A stretch of DNA of 24,296 nt from Anthoceros angustus (Eukaryota > Plantae > Anthocerotophyta), in the NCBI GenBank assembly GCA_010909165.1, contig VJWM01000387.1, forward strand, positions 1-24,296. Reading direction: 5' to 3'. The position numbers were made by a program, and so were the translations under genes. The stretch's first letter is position 1; each line of letters starts with the position of its first letter. The notes under the pieces were generated by a model, which was not told the origin of the DNA, did no database searches, and worked only from the letters and a program-made list of their open reading frames with translations. Shown here one piece after another: positions 10,266-20,833 of the stretch.

Positions 10266-11883
10266 GGAAGACATGGCCGGTTCCGATACTGTTTTGGCGG
10301 TATTCCTTTCTGTAGCGGCGAGTGTGATGTTTCTCCTTGCGATGGTGTATGTCATTGAAGCAATTCTATTTGTCATAGCATACTTCCGGGGACGCAGACA
10401 AGCTGCACCAGAAGCTGGCGGAGGGAACTGAGAGATCAGTTGCACGAGCAGCTGACGGAGGAACTTTTGGGCCAGGCCAGGCAGACAAGTCTATGATGAA
10501 TTTCCATGGCTTCAGGCCGGGATCCGTCCAATTGCCAGTCACGGTGGCCTTGGTGGACCAGCGGAACGATGTCTGAACAACATTATCAATGTTAATCACG
10601 GCAGACAGCCGGAGTGCGGTAATAACTTTTTTTGTACAGAATTCATCTGGATGATACCTTTTATGTACAAACCTTTATGCTGCAACTTTGAATGAAGCAA
10701 GACCCTTACCTCTTCTTCCAGTAGGACTTACGATAAGATTGAACTTTGTGACTTCGGAGTCGATGTATGGAAGACACCTTCGTATGCATCTTTTACGCAA
10801 TATTTTCGAGTATCTTTTTCCTCCACAATAACTTACAAATAAGATGAACTTTTAGCTGTTTCTAGGCTCGATTTTACTTGGTCCCCTTGCATACCATATG
10901 TTTCTTAGGCATCTAAGAAACGTCTTAATTTTCTAGACGTCTTTGTACAGGACAAATACATATATAAGGCAATCGAAATTTACAAGTAAAACTCATATTT
11001 CTCCATCTAACTAGCAATCCCAATTCTTAAGCAAAAATAGTTTCTATTAACCATATTTTTCAAAGGGTCAATGTTCACAAAAATTTTGTTAACCGTAGTT
11101 TTCAAAGCCTCAATACTCACAAAAATATATTGATAAGATCTTTCTACTTACACAAGATGACTTGTAGTTATTATTATTATAAAATTTACTAGTAATTTAC
11201 TAAAATTAAATATTGTATTAAAAATATAGATATAAAAGAATTTACTTAATTTAGCAAGTTTCTAAGTTAAGCTCTTCATTAAGACATTCTTGTTTCTTGA
11301 TGCATAGTCATGATAAGAGTATAGTTTTTAGAATTATGTATTTATATAAATTTTAAATATTGTGGTTGGCACAAGTAATAGAGCAATTGAAACCAAATTT
11401 AAGAACCGATTTAAGATTTTAATAGTTATTATCCTACAAGTTTTACAATAACTATTGTGTATTGTGGTGCACGAATGTTCTCCACAATATATAAGAAATC
11501 GAATGATTGCGATAAGAGCAAAGAGATACACTCGCTTTTGAAATTAAGACCCTCTCGAGAGTCTCAATTACGGTCTATGTTTGAATAACTCTTCTATATC
11601 AATGAGAATCTTACACCATTGCCATGGAAGACTAAGAAACAAATTACTTTTAGATCAGCTCCAAGTCAAGTGGCTTTCTTTTGAAAATTTTATAGAATTT
11701 TATGGACTGTTGATTGATTGGGTTTGGGGAGTTAAGGTTTCAAAGTGAGTTAAGATTTCTTATATATGTATGCAGAATATTGAGTTTCTGCAAAGGGTGA
11801 GTACATGTTCCTTACAAGCTCGAGGTAGGAATAAGTACTACTCCTAGCTAACATAGACAATACTCTAGGAGAGGTAATGTCGT

Positions 11884-13523
11884 TTAGATGTGAGCTCGGC
11901 GGTGGCCTCGACCACTTCCTGGCAGGATGAGGGCGTCCCTCAGCCGCCTCTCCCTGACTTCTCTGACCTGCTCAACATCCACATTGAAAGCTGCTGCATC
12001 CACTTCCTCAGGCAGGTTCTTGAGCACCGAAGTTCTACCGGCAAGAGCCTCAACCCAGGGCCTGAAAATACACAAATTGGCATAGTCACACCATAAGTCC
12101 CAGCAGCCGGGTGTCAGAAAGCACAAGCCAGAAAGGAGAAGAGTGTGAAAAGAGCGAGCGTACTGGTCTGTGGTGTGGAAGGCAACCCACTCCAGGCCCT
12201 CGTCTCCGGCCCTGATGCCGTGGGGTAAAACCGCGGAACTGCGTACGCTTCACCTCTCCCTTCCTGGCTCACCAGACGCTCGCCGTTGTTGCCCACAATT
12301 TCCAGCTCACCGTTGCCTCTCAGGATGTACAGAAACGCATGTCCATTCACATTCCACTGGGGAGCCAGGATAGCATCCTGCGCTTGCCAGCAACATACAT
12401 CACGATCGATGAGCATCAACCACTGGACGATGTGACCATTCCAGCATGGGATGACAAAGCAATTAAGCCCAGATTCAACGGCAACTTGAAGGTTGGCGGT
12501 GGATGTCTACCCTCTCAAGACGGCCGAAGGTGGCACCCAGGTTGAGGTTCCTCAGGATGGGGAGCTTGAATCTGTTGGCGCTGTTGAAGATTCCAGCATC
12601 GCGAACGCGAACCTCGGGGGAGCCCTCACGAATGTTGTACACGAACTCGCCATTGATGTGCTCGCGGAAGTGGCTCTCTCGCTGTCCGTCGTCAACTGCG
12701 TTCGTGGACTCGGGGATTCTGACCTCCGCTCTGCGAGCACGATGCCCGCGCCCTGCTGTCGGTTGAGCAAGTCATCCACCAGCTTCTCATCCACATCCCA
12801 AGCATCGGCCAGGAACTCCTGCGGAATCCGTGCAGAATGCCTCTGACCGTGGCCTCCTCTTCGCCTCCTGCCGACCTCCACCGATCAAGAAGAACCCTGC
12901 GCCACATATGTTGTTTCAGTGCGGGCCCGATCGAGAAATGCTCAAGACTGCACTCTCGAATGTGGAATCGCCTTCAAAACCTTACTCTGTGGCCCTCAGA
13001 GTACGCAGATGTCTCCGCAAGGACGAGAATCCGGAGGTCGCTGCTGCCAGAATTATACAACCACGACGCAATACCACGAGGAACGGCTACAATGTCACCA
13101 CGCCTCAGGCGCCTCACGTTCGAGGACTCTCCCAGAGCGTAGCCGGTAAGGATTCCAGCGTACCCTCTCCTGCAAGATACAGGATGATCAGAAGAAGCGA
13201 TTGCGTCACTCAAGGTCCATGCATTGAAATCACAGAGGGCGATGATGGATCCGGAGAAACGGATTTCTCACCTTCCTCCACGTATGCGATGCGAGGGAAT
13301 CGGAGTACTGGGGCAGGACAAGGCCGCGCTGCCTGATGGTGACCCTAGCAGCAGCAACATTGGCATCTCTCAGACTCCCTGATGTTGGTCCAAGCCTCTA
13401 CTGTGCCTCCATCAGTTCGCAGAACCTCCCGGGGTTCACCAACTGCAGCTCGGCTCTGTGGGCCACTGCAGCGCACACGAAGGACAAGGCCAAGGCCAGC
13501 GCAAGTGCGCATTTCAAAGCCAT
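11884..13523 (-). CDS. 11S globulin/legumin-like bicupin storage protein with signal peptide. Exons 13523-13272, 13169-12986, 12896-12511, 12377-12164, 12061-11884. Apparent frameshifts.
   Basis: Signal peptide MALKCALALALALSFVCAAVA. Cupin motifs LRDANVAAARVTIRQRGLVLP..RIAYVEEG, RRLRRGDIVAVPRGIASWLYNSG, EFLADAWDVDE, FVYNI..NRFKLPILRNLNLGA, APQWNVNGHAFLYILRGNG and LAGRTSVLKNLPEEV. Four GT-AG introns of 89-133 nt. Confidence 0.9.
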
Positions 13524-13682
13524 TGCTTCAACAATGAAATGTGAAAACTTCAGAACAGCAGACACGAGTGTTGATTGAGCTATCGCAGCTCGCAAGGCGC
13601 TGCTTTTACGCTGGAGGGAAGCGTGATGGATTTGGCAATTGGAGTTCCACTGCAGTTGTCCCGGGGTTCAGTGGCTTCACCG

Positions 13683-13796
13683 CATGCATCCCGGTTGCAG
13701 CAACTGTTTGTGAATCTCACAGCCTGGAGGCTGACTGGTCCAGTACAAGTTCCGTTCAATTGTAGCTTGCATGTTGCACTTGAAACTTGAACGTGG
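13683..13796. promoter_or_regulatory. RY (CATGCA) elements and an ABRE-like ACGTGG upstream of the legumin-like gene
   Basis: CATGCAT at 13683-13689, TGCATG at 13768-13773 and ACGTGG at 13791-13796, i.e. 160-273 nt upstream of the ATG. These are short motifs and function is untested. Confidence 0.45.
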
Positions 13797-13912
13797 TACA
13801 GAAGCGGGGCCAGATGCATCCACACATTGGAAAGCATGTCTTTCCTTAACTATGCGCGGTTGTCCTTCTGAATTGCATAGCATCAACCGAAGAATCTCTT
13901 TGCAGGAATTGA

Positions 13913-13970
13913 GGGAGTTCTTGGCCGATGCCTGGGATGTGGATGAGAGGCAGTGGATGAGCTGCTCAAC
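13913..13970 (+). pseudogene. Inverted fragment of a legumin-like cupin exon
   Basis: Encodes EFLADAWDVDE and is reverse-complement similar to 12762-12819. It is preceded by acceptor-like tttgcag at 13899-13905. Confidence 0.85.
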
Positions 13971-14088
13971 CTGCCCAACGCCCTTTAGTGTATCTACATT
14001 GATGTGTGTAACTGCAGAAGGTGGGTGTGTGAGGAAGACGTGAAGGAGAAGAGACCAGCAACAGATTCGCTGAAGCACAAGAGTTGCT

Positions 14089-14515
14089 CACCTTGCAGCC
14101 GTTTCACAAAGCGTTCAGACTCTTTTAGGTTGGTTTCCTCCATGAGCGTGGTGTTGAGGCGCAGGTAGGTGAACAGGGATTCAAGGCCTTGGGATCTGCC
14201 AGGGCATTAGGGGAGAACTCCTCCACCACTAGCATACTCAGCTCCACACAGGTGAAGTTGAAGGTGGCTTTTGGCTAGCATCTCTGCAAATAGGGGCATC
14301 CAACATCGTCATCGATGCTGCTGCCACATTCATGGAATGACATCACCACCTATGATCGCAGAGACAAAGCCAAGCATCATTTTAAAGCTGACCCAAGTCA
14401 GACGGCCTTGCCGTGGGGAATGAAGTGTACCTGCAATTTGAGCCCCACGTCTGCAACCATGTGAAACGTGTAGGACATGCTCGTATTTGCGCTTGGTGCC
14501 TGTGATGACACCAGA
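14089..14515 (-). pseudogene. Beta-amylase (GH14) remnant: three colinear fragments separated by large deletions
   Basis: FHMVADVGLKLQ followed by GT (~14466-14431); AEMLAK..ATFNFTCVELS..EEFSPNALADPK (~14300-14186); SLFTYLRLNTTLMEETNLKESERFVKRLQG followed by gtgag (~14180-14090). These match plant BAM motifs GLKLQ, NFTCxE, ALADPEGL and FTYLRL..FVKRM. Confidence 0.85.
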
Positions 14516-15295
14516 CTAAACATCGTGAACTGAACAGCATCCTTTCCAACCAGATCCTATAAAACTTAGATTCCAAAACTTTTACCCGAAGCTCCAGCAC
14601 AATCAACCTGTGGTCCACAAGCTTTACCGTCTCTTTCAAGAGGTGGATGAGAACAAGGAGCCGAGAACAGGGTGCCATTTTGAAAACCAGAGAGAAAGCT
14701 GTAGCTTGCTACGGTGGAAAACTCCACAGCGCGGTGAACGCCAGGAACAGGCAAAGCAGCTTGGGCGGGTGCAAATGGTAGGGCATACACAGTTTGGGGT
14801 TCCCCTGTCCTGCAGGCCGCCCTTGCTGACAGGATAAAAAGAAACGAGCAGGTTGAGTCGTTCTCTCCTCAGCTGGAGTCCTTAAAATGCCAGCAACCGG
14901 AGTCTGTGAAAAGCTAGGCTCTGGGGCCTGGCCGCCAGATTGGTGAGCCACAATCTTGAATGGGGCGGCCAATCATGAGCCCAATCAACAGTGAGGCGCA
15001 TGGCAAGGGCCCAAGGGCTCTGCAGGAAGCGCAGATCGAAGTCTGGCTCAAGGGATCCGACGGAAGGTTGGACATCCCACCTCAGCTGGACAACAAGTTT
15101 ATTTCCCTAAGAAAATTTGTGGTACACAACCGTTTTCTCTTCTCCTGCGATACCCTGTCAGATCAGACAGAGTCATCCAATACAAGCCCCTTGGACCTCT
15201 CAATGGCTTTTAGAGCTGTATCGCAGTTCTAGAGCCTGAAGGGCAGCAGTGATGGTGGCATGGGGATTAGATGAGGAGACACTGATGCCTGCCCA

Positions 15296-18136
15296 ATGGG
15301 GCCCATCAACCTCACGCTGGGGTTTGACAAGGCCCTTGTTGCCTTGGACAAGCAGGGGGGCGTGCCGTCGGTACAGGTGTACAAGCAGCTGTTGCAGGCA
15401 TGCATGCAGAGCAGGGCCCTGGAGGACGCCAAGCAGGTACATGATCACTTGGTGAAACATGGTTTAGAGTCGGACACAGTTTTGGGCGACCTTGTTGTAA
15501 CCACGTTGGTGAAGTGTGGAAGCTTTGCCGATGGCCTGCACTTGTTTCGAAGGTTGCCAAGCCGGACTGTCTTCTCGTGGACAGCCATAATCTCAGGGTA
15601 TAGCAATGCAGGAAGATGTCGGGAAGCTTTGTTGTGCTACGAGCACATGCGTGGGGAGGGCGTGCAGCCCAACAAGTTCACGTTTGTCAGCTTGCTCAAG
15701 GCTTGCAGCAGGCTGGAGGATCTGGAAGAGGGGAAAAGGATGCATGCTGCCGTTGTGAGCTATGGGTTTGAGGCTGACGTGTATGCAACACTCTGGTAAG
15801 TATGTATGCGCAAGTGCATTCCAGATGCCCAGCAGGTTTTTGATGGATTGTCCCAGCGTGATGTTGTTTCGTGGAATGCGTTGGTTGCAGCATACGCTCA
15901 GCAGGGCCATGGGAAGCAAGCTTTGCGGCTATTTGCACAGATGGAGCAGGAAGGTGTCAAGTCAAATGCACGAACCTTTGTCAGTGTTCTCCAAGCATGT
16001 GGCATTCTTGCAGAGAAAGAGGGAGTTTCGGTTGTTGGCACACAGAATGTGAAGGTGGAGACATTGCAGAAAGGGAAGCAAGTGCACACCGGAGCTGCTG
16101 CTCGAGGCTTTGAGTCTGATGTGTTTGTTGGCAACTCATTGGTCAGTATGTATGCGAAATGTGGGAGCATAGTGGATGCAGAGTTTATGTTTCGCAGATT
16201 GTCCCAGCCGAATGTGGTGTCGTGGAATGCATTGCTCGGGCCACTTTCTCAGCTGGGTCAAGGAGGAAAGGTGTTGCAGTTATACTCTCAAATGCAGGAA
16301 GAAGAGGTGATGCCAGATGAATTGACGTTTATCAGCCTTCTCCAAGCATGCAGCAGCCTTGCAGAACAGGAGGAAGAAGGAGTCATGGACGGGCAAGGTG
16401 TCAAGATAAAGTCACTGGCTAAGGGAAAGGAGATACATGCTGGAGCTGCAGGGATGGGGTTTGGAACGGATGTCTTTGTGATCAATACGCTGGTGAATCT
16501 CTACGCAAAGTGTGGGAGCATGAAGGATGCGGTGCAGGTTTTGACAGGTTGTCCAGGCGTGATGTTGTTTCCTGGACTGCTATGATAGCAGCATATTCTC
16601 AGAAAGAGCAAGGAGAAAAGGCTCTCCAGCTGTTTTGGCATAGAGGAAGGAATCAAGCCGACACACATTTGTCAGCACTCTCCAGGCATGTGGCAGTCTT
16701 GCTGAGCAGGAGCAAAGTGCACCTGTAGACAAGGTCAAACTGCAGTCACTGCAGAAGGGAAAAGAAGTGCATCATGTAGCTGTGAGAAGTGGTCTTGGAT
16801 CTGACATGTTTGTTGGTACAAGTCTGCTTAGTATGTATGCAAAGTGTGGGAGCACTGTGGATGCCAGACAGGTTTTCGACGGATTGTGTGAGCATGATGT
16901 TGTCTCGTGGACTGCAATGATTGCCACATATGCACAGGAGGGGCAGGGGAAGAGGCATTGCAGATTTATCAGCAGATGAAGGCAGTAGGCCAAATGCGTG
17001 GACATTTGTCAGCCTGTCAGCCCTTGCAGACAAGGAGGAAGAAGTGCTTGTCGAGGGCAACATGTGAAAGTGAAGTCCTTGGGGCAGGGGAAGGAAATAC
17101 ATGCTGTTGGTCATGGATTTGCGTCCGATGTCTTTCTTCAGCTTGTACGCAAAGTGTGGAGTCAAAGATGCCGAAAAGGTGTTCTATGCGTGCCCCAGCA
17201 TGATGTGGTGTCATGCACTGCCATGATTGCAGCATACGCTCAGTGCGAGCAGGGAGAGAAGGCCTTGAAACTCTATGCTACGATGGAAGCAGCTGGCATG
17301 AAGCCAAATGAGGCTACAATTGTTTCCGTCCTGGAAGCATGCGGCACGACTGGTGCCTTCGACGTTTGCGTACACACCCACCAAAGTATACTAGGCACAG
17401 GACTTGAGTGCAGCCCTTTTGTGGCCACCAGTCTGATCCACACCTATGGCAAATGCGGGAGCATGGTAGATGCCGAAAGTGTGTTCCACTCGCTGGCACA
17501 GCCCAATGTAGTGTCCTGGACTGCTCTGATTGCTGGGTACGCTCGAGTAGGATGCTGTGAGAGGAGCATACAGTGCTACAACAACATGCTTCTTGCTGGA
17601 GTGAACCCGGACAGGATCACATTCCTGGCTCTCCTGACGGCCTGCAGTCATGCTGGCAAGGTGGAGAAGGGATTGCATTACTTCCACTCCATGGCAAGAG
17701 ATCATGGCATAGTTCCAGAGCTGGAGCATTATGGATGTGTTATTGATCTCGTCAGCCGGGCAGGCCTCTTGGACAAGGTGGACGAGCTGCTGCTGCAGAT
17801 GCCTATACAGCCTGACCTGTCACTGTGGCTGTCTGTGCGTGCGTCACAAACATGGCAACATCCCACTTGCACAGCGTGCTTTTGATGAAGCTGTTGCTTT
17901 AGAGCCAAAGCAAGCTTCAGCATACGTACTCATGTCAAACATGGTCGCAGATGCTGGCATGCTGGAGCATGGAAAGCACATACATGACTTGAGGCTCGCA
18001 GCTGGAGCATGGAAAGAGCCTGGCCAGAGCTGGATTGAGCATGAATCTCAGGTACAAGTTTGCAGTTGGCGATCACTGGCATGGCCAAGATGCAATCTTG
18101 TACGAGCTGGAAGAGTTAAATGCAAAGATAACGTGA
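15296..18136 (+). CDS. PLS-class pentatricopeptide-repeat protein, E+ subgroup (organellar RNA-editing specificity factor), with several frameshifts; N-terminus probably extends upstream
   Basis: Repeating P-L-S motifs (VVSWNALVAAY, NARTFVSVLQAC, VFVGNSLVSMYAKCG), then TFLALLTACSHAG, PELEHYGCVIDLVSRAG, E domain (HGNIPLAQRAF..AYVLMSNM) and PG box KEPGQSWIEH. A shifted frame gives KFAVGDH..ELEELNAKIT* (stop 18134-18136). No HxE/CxxC/DYW. Confidence 0.93.
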
Positions 18137-19544
18137 TGAGGAAGTTGGTCACAATTTGCCACTTACCCCAGAAAGGTGGGCATACACCTAGTGGGTAGTC
18201 GGCCATCGCTAACTTTCGGAGAACAGCTGGTGCAGGTGGAGAACATGTGGAACAGAATGAGAAAAGGGCAGGGTGGACGCACGCGTGAAGGCACACGGTG
18301 GAGTGTTGGTCCCCTGTGTCAAGCCACCACAACTTACCTGTCGCAAATTTAAGCCCTACGACAGAGGAGGAAAGACGAACTGTGATCCGAAGCCTTGTGA
18401 GACGGTTGTGAAGCCGGAACCGAGAGCCCGCTTTAGCCTTCACTGTTCGTCTTCACCTCCAATCTCCCACGGCATCCACCGGTGGATGAGTGCTCCTTCG
18501 AGTATAATCACAGTCCGCCCTCCGCTCCTTTTTTAAGGAGGTATCCCAATTACATGTTTATCATATTTTGATTAAAAATACATATAATGAATAAAAATTA
18601 AAACAAAATAGTTAGAGTTCAAGCCATTTATCCTCACGTAACATAATTAAACATTGTTATTAATGCTTTGTTTACTGCGAATCATACTCAAAATGCCCAA
18701 TGAGTAAAAATTAACAAGTTTAAGACGCGAAAATAAAGAAAGAAACTTGGGTTTGTGTGGAAATTAGGCCTGTTTAGGGAGTCTATACATATCTATTATT
18801 TCTATATAAATACCTATGTATTCTAATGAATGTTGAAATTTGATAAAATTATTTTATAAATTTTAAAAATATAAATATTTATGTTGAACCTTATCCCATA
18901 ATTATTTCGGCATTGCCGTTTCTAAGATTGCCGTGGGGTAAGTGCAGAGTAATTTTGCTTTAGCTACTTTGATATGATGACTCCAAAGAAGGAGTTGTGG
19001 TCCCAAAGTGTATTCTAGAACTTGAAGTCTTCCCTAAATGGATAAATGAGACAAATTGAAAGATTAGGTTAAAACATTCAATGGGATTATCGATTTTTTT
19101 CTACTAAAAATTAAGAAAAATAATAGAAAAAAAATAGAGTAGGCATCGAATAGACTTCGAATTCTATCAATATAAGCATATAGCAATGGGGAATAGGTTT
19201 ATGATGCTCGAGATTATGCCAAACTCAAAGTTTATAAATATATGGTACTACAAACTAATTATTGTACCCTCATAACTACCTTGTCTTAGTAGAGGTTTTT
19301 TAATGCTTAGGAAAGTGTTAGCTCAAGGCTAGGTATGGCATACCAAAGAGGAGAGAGGGACGGCATATTTTTAGCGTGAAACTTTGTTCACACCACACGC
19401 CTTTTGTTGTCCGGTTGGTAACCCGAGAAATGGGTAGCCCAAAGCGGACGCACCAAAGCGCCACCACACACACACAAAGGAACTTCCTTTCCCACGGTGG
19501 TTTTTCTGCGGCACCAAGAAACTTTTTGCGCCCATTCCACTTTA

Positions 19545-19682
19545 GGCGGGCGGGCGGGCGGGCGGGGTGAGGCGCGGGGCGGGCGGGCGGGCGCGGGCGG
19601 GCGGGCGCTGGCGGGGCGCAATGGGCGCGGGCGGTGGCCAGGGGCGAGCGGGCGCGGCAAGGCGCGGGCGAGCGGAGGAGGC
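19545..19682 (+). repeat. (GGGC)n GC-rich low-complexity tract
   Basis: ggcgggcgggcgggcgggcgggg... with many GGG runs separated by short spacers. Confidence 0.9.
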
Positions 19683-19995
19683 ACCACGGTATCAATCTCC
19701 CCATCCTTGCACCACCCGCCAACCTCGCCCCCATTTCTTGCCGACTATGGTGATGCCGAATTGTTTGCTTTGTCTCGTTTTGATTGGGGACATTGCCATC
19801 ACCGAGAACGATCACCCACAAGTAAGACCGGAGAACCTCTCAATGCATTGTTGGCGTGATACTCTTTTCTTGCGGATGGTCGACATCCACGGGCCGGGTG
19901 GTGCCATCAGGTGTAGTTTGGTGCATACTGCGGTTGTAGGCGGGATGGCAGGCACCGGCCCACCCTCTCCTCCTCACATGCTGCAGGCCCCATAG

Positions 19996-20833
19996 CCTGC
20001 AGCTAGAACATGTGCGGGCCAGCAATGGAGGAGGGTTCCACGCTCTCCTCCGAGCTCACCCGATCCTAATATGTGGAGTGAGTTGTTTTAGAGGTCTTAT
20101 AACCAAGAATCCAATGCATCCTCTGTAAGGAGGAGCTCGATGCGCTTTTGCAGCATCTTTGAGAACCACAACGACCTCATCTCACATTGAGAACTACCTT
20201 GGACTTCAAGTTCTTTTCGAAATTTGAGGGAACGGTCGAGGTATTTGACCGGACTGGACTTCATCTGGAGAGTGCCTTGTCGGAAGTGCATTTATTTCAT
20301 GCATACTCATTTTGATGGATGGCCATTGGGACCTAATGATCACTGCGAGGCTTCGCGGTCGAAGCACCCGAAGTCACTAGAGGACTTCAAGATGTGGATG
20401 GCGAAGTTCCACTCTGATGGCTTGACCTGCAGCCACAACATGTGTGGGCCAGCAATGGAGGAGGGTTCCACGCTCTCCTCCGAGCTCACCCGATCCTAAT
20501 ATGTGGAGTGAGTTGTTTTAGAGGTCTTATTACCCGAAGAAGCCAATGCCTCTCCGGCTGAGGAGCTCGGCTCGTTGTTGCAGATGTCGAGGACCACACC
20601 CTCATCCGCCACATTGAGAACTACCTTGGACTTCAAGTTCTTTTCGAAGGGAACGTGGTCGAGGTATGACCGGACTTCATATCGTGAGAGTGCCTTCCGA
20701 AGTGCACTATTTCATGCATACTCATTTTGATGGATGGCCATTGGGACCTAATGATCACTGCGAGGCTTCGCGGTCGAAGCACCCGAAGTCACTAGAGGAC
20801 TTGCCGTGGATGGCGAGTTCCACTATGGCTTGA
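19996..20833. repeat. 430-bp tandem duplication (19996-20425 and 20426-20833)
   Basis: Long identical stretches such as gggccagcaatggaggagggttcc...gaggtcttat and tatttcatgcatactc...ctagaggactt. The second copy is ~20 nt shorter through scattered small deletions. Confidence 0.95.

Larger units (their letters stand above)
2390..10890 (+). pseudogene. LRR-type gene, paralog B, degraded and interrupted by the Ty3/gypsy element (host parts ~2390-2531 and 8225-~10890)
   Basis: LRR-like fragments GVCDLMNFVDADVAACAHLRGI (~2449-2515), LTNLQV (rebuilt across the insertion site), VLDCSKCAS (~8736), LRRLPGLLG (~9045) and FLESLVLECFEN (~10052). The C-terminal part (ADKLHQKLAE, VYDEFPWLQAG) matches 1-885. 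Confidence 0.45.

Noticed and set aside
10890-11880. AT-rich spacer as a MITE or ncRNA
   Set aside because: No clear TIR/TSD pair or RNA structure could be seen.
12830-13578. Plus-strand ORFs of up to 168 aa
   Set aside because: Antisense shadows of the GC-rich cupin exons.
14540-15250. Short ORFs upstream of the PPR as another captured gene
   Set aside because: No recognisable motif; more likely promoter, 5' UTR or a frameshifted N-terminal extension of the PPR.
18137-18536. Hidden DYW deaminase domain downstream of the PPR
   Set aside because: No HSE/HAE, CxDCH or terminal DYW-like motif found in the forward frames.
19318-19995. Arg/Gly/Pro-rich ORFs as proteins
   Set aside because: They are translations of the (GGGC)n low-complexity tract.
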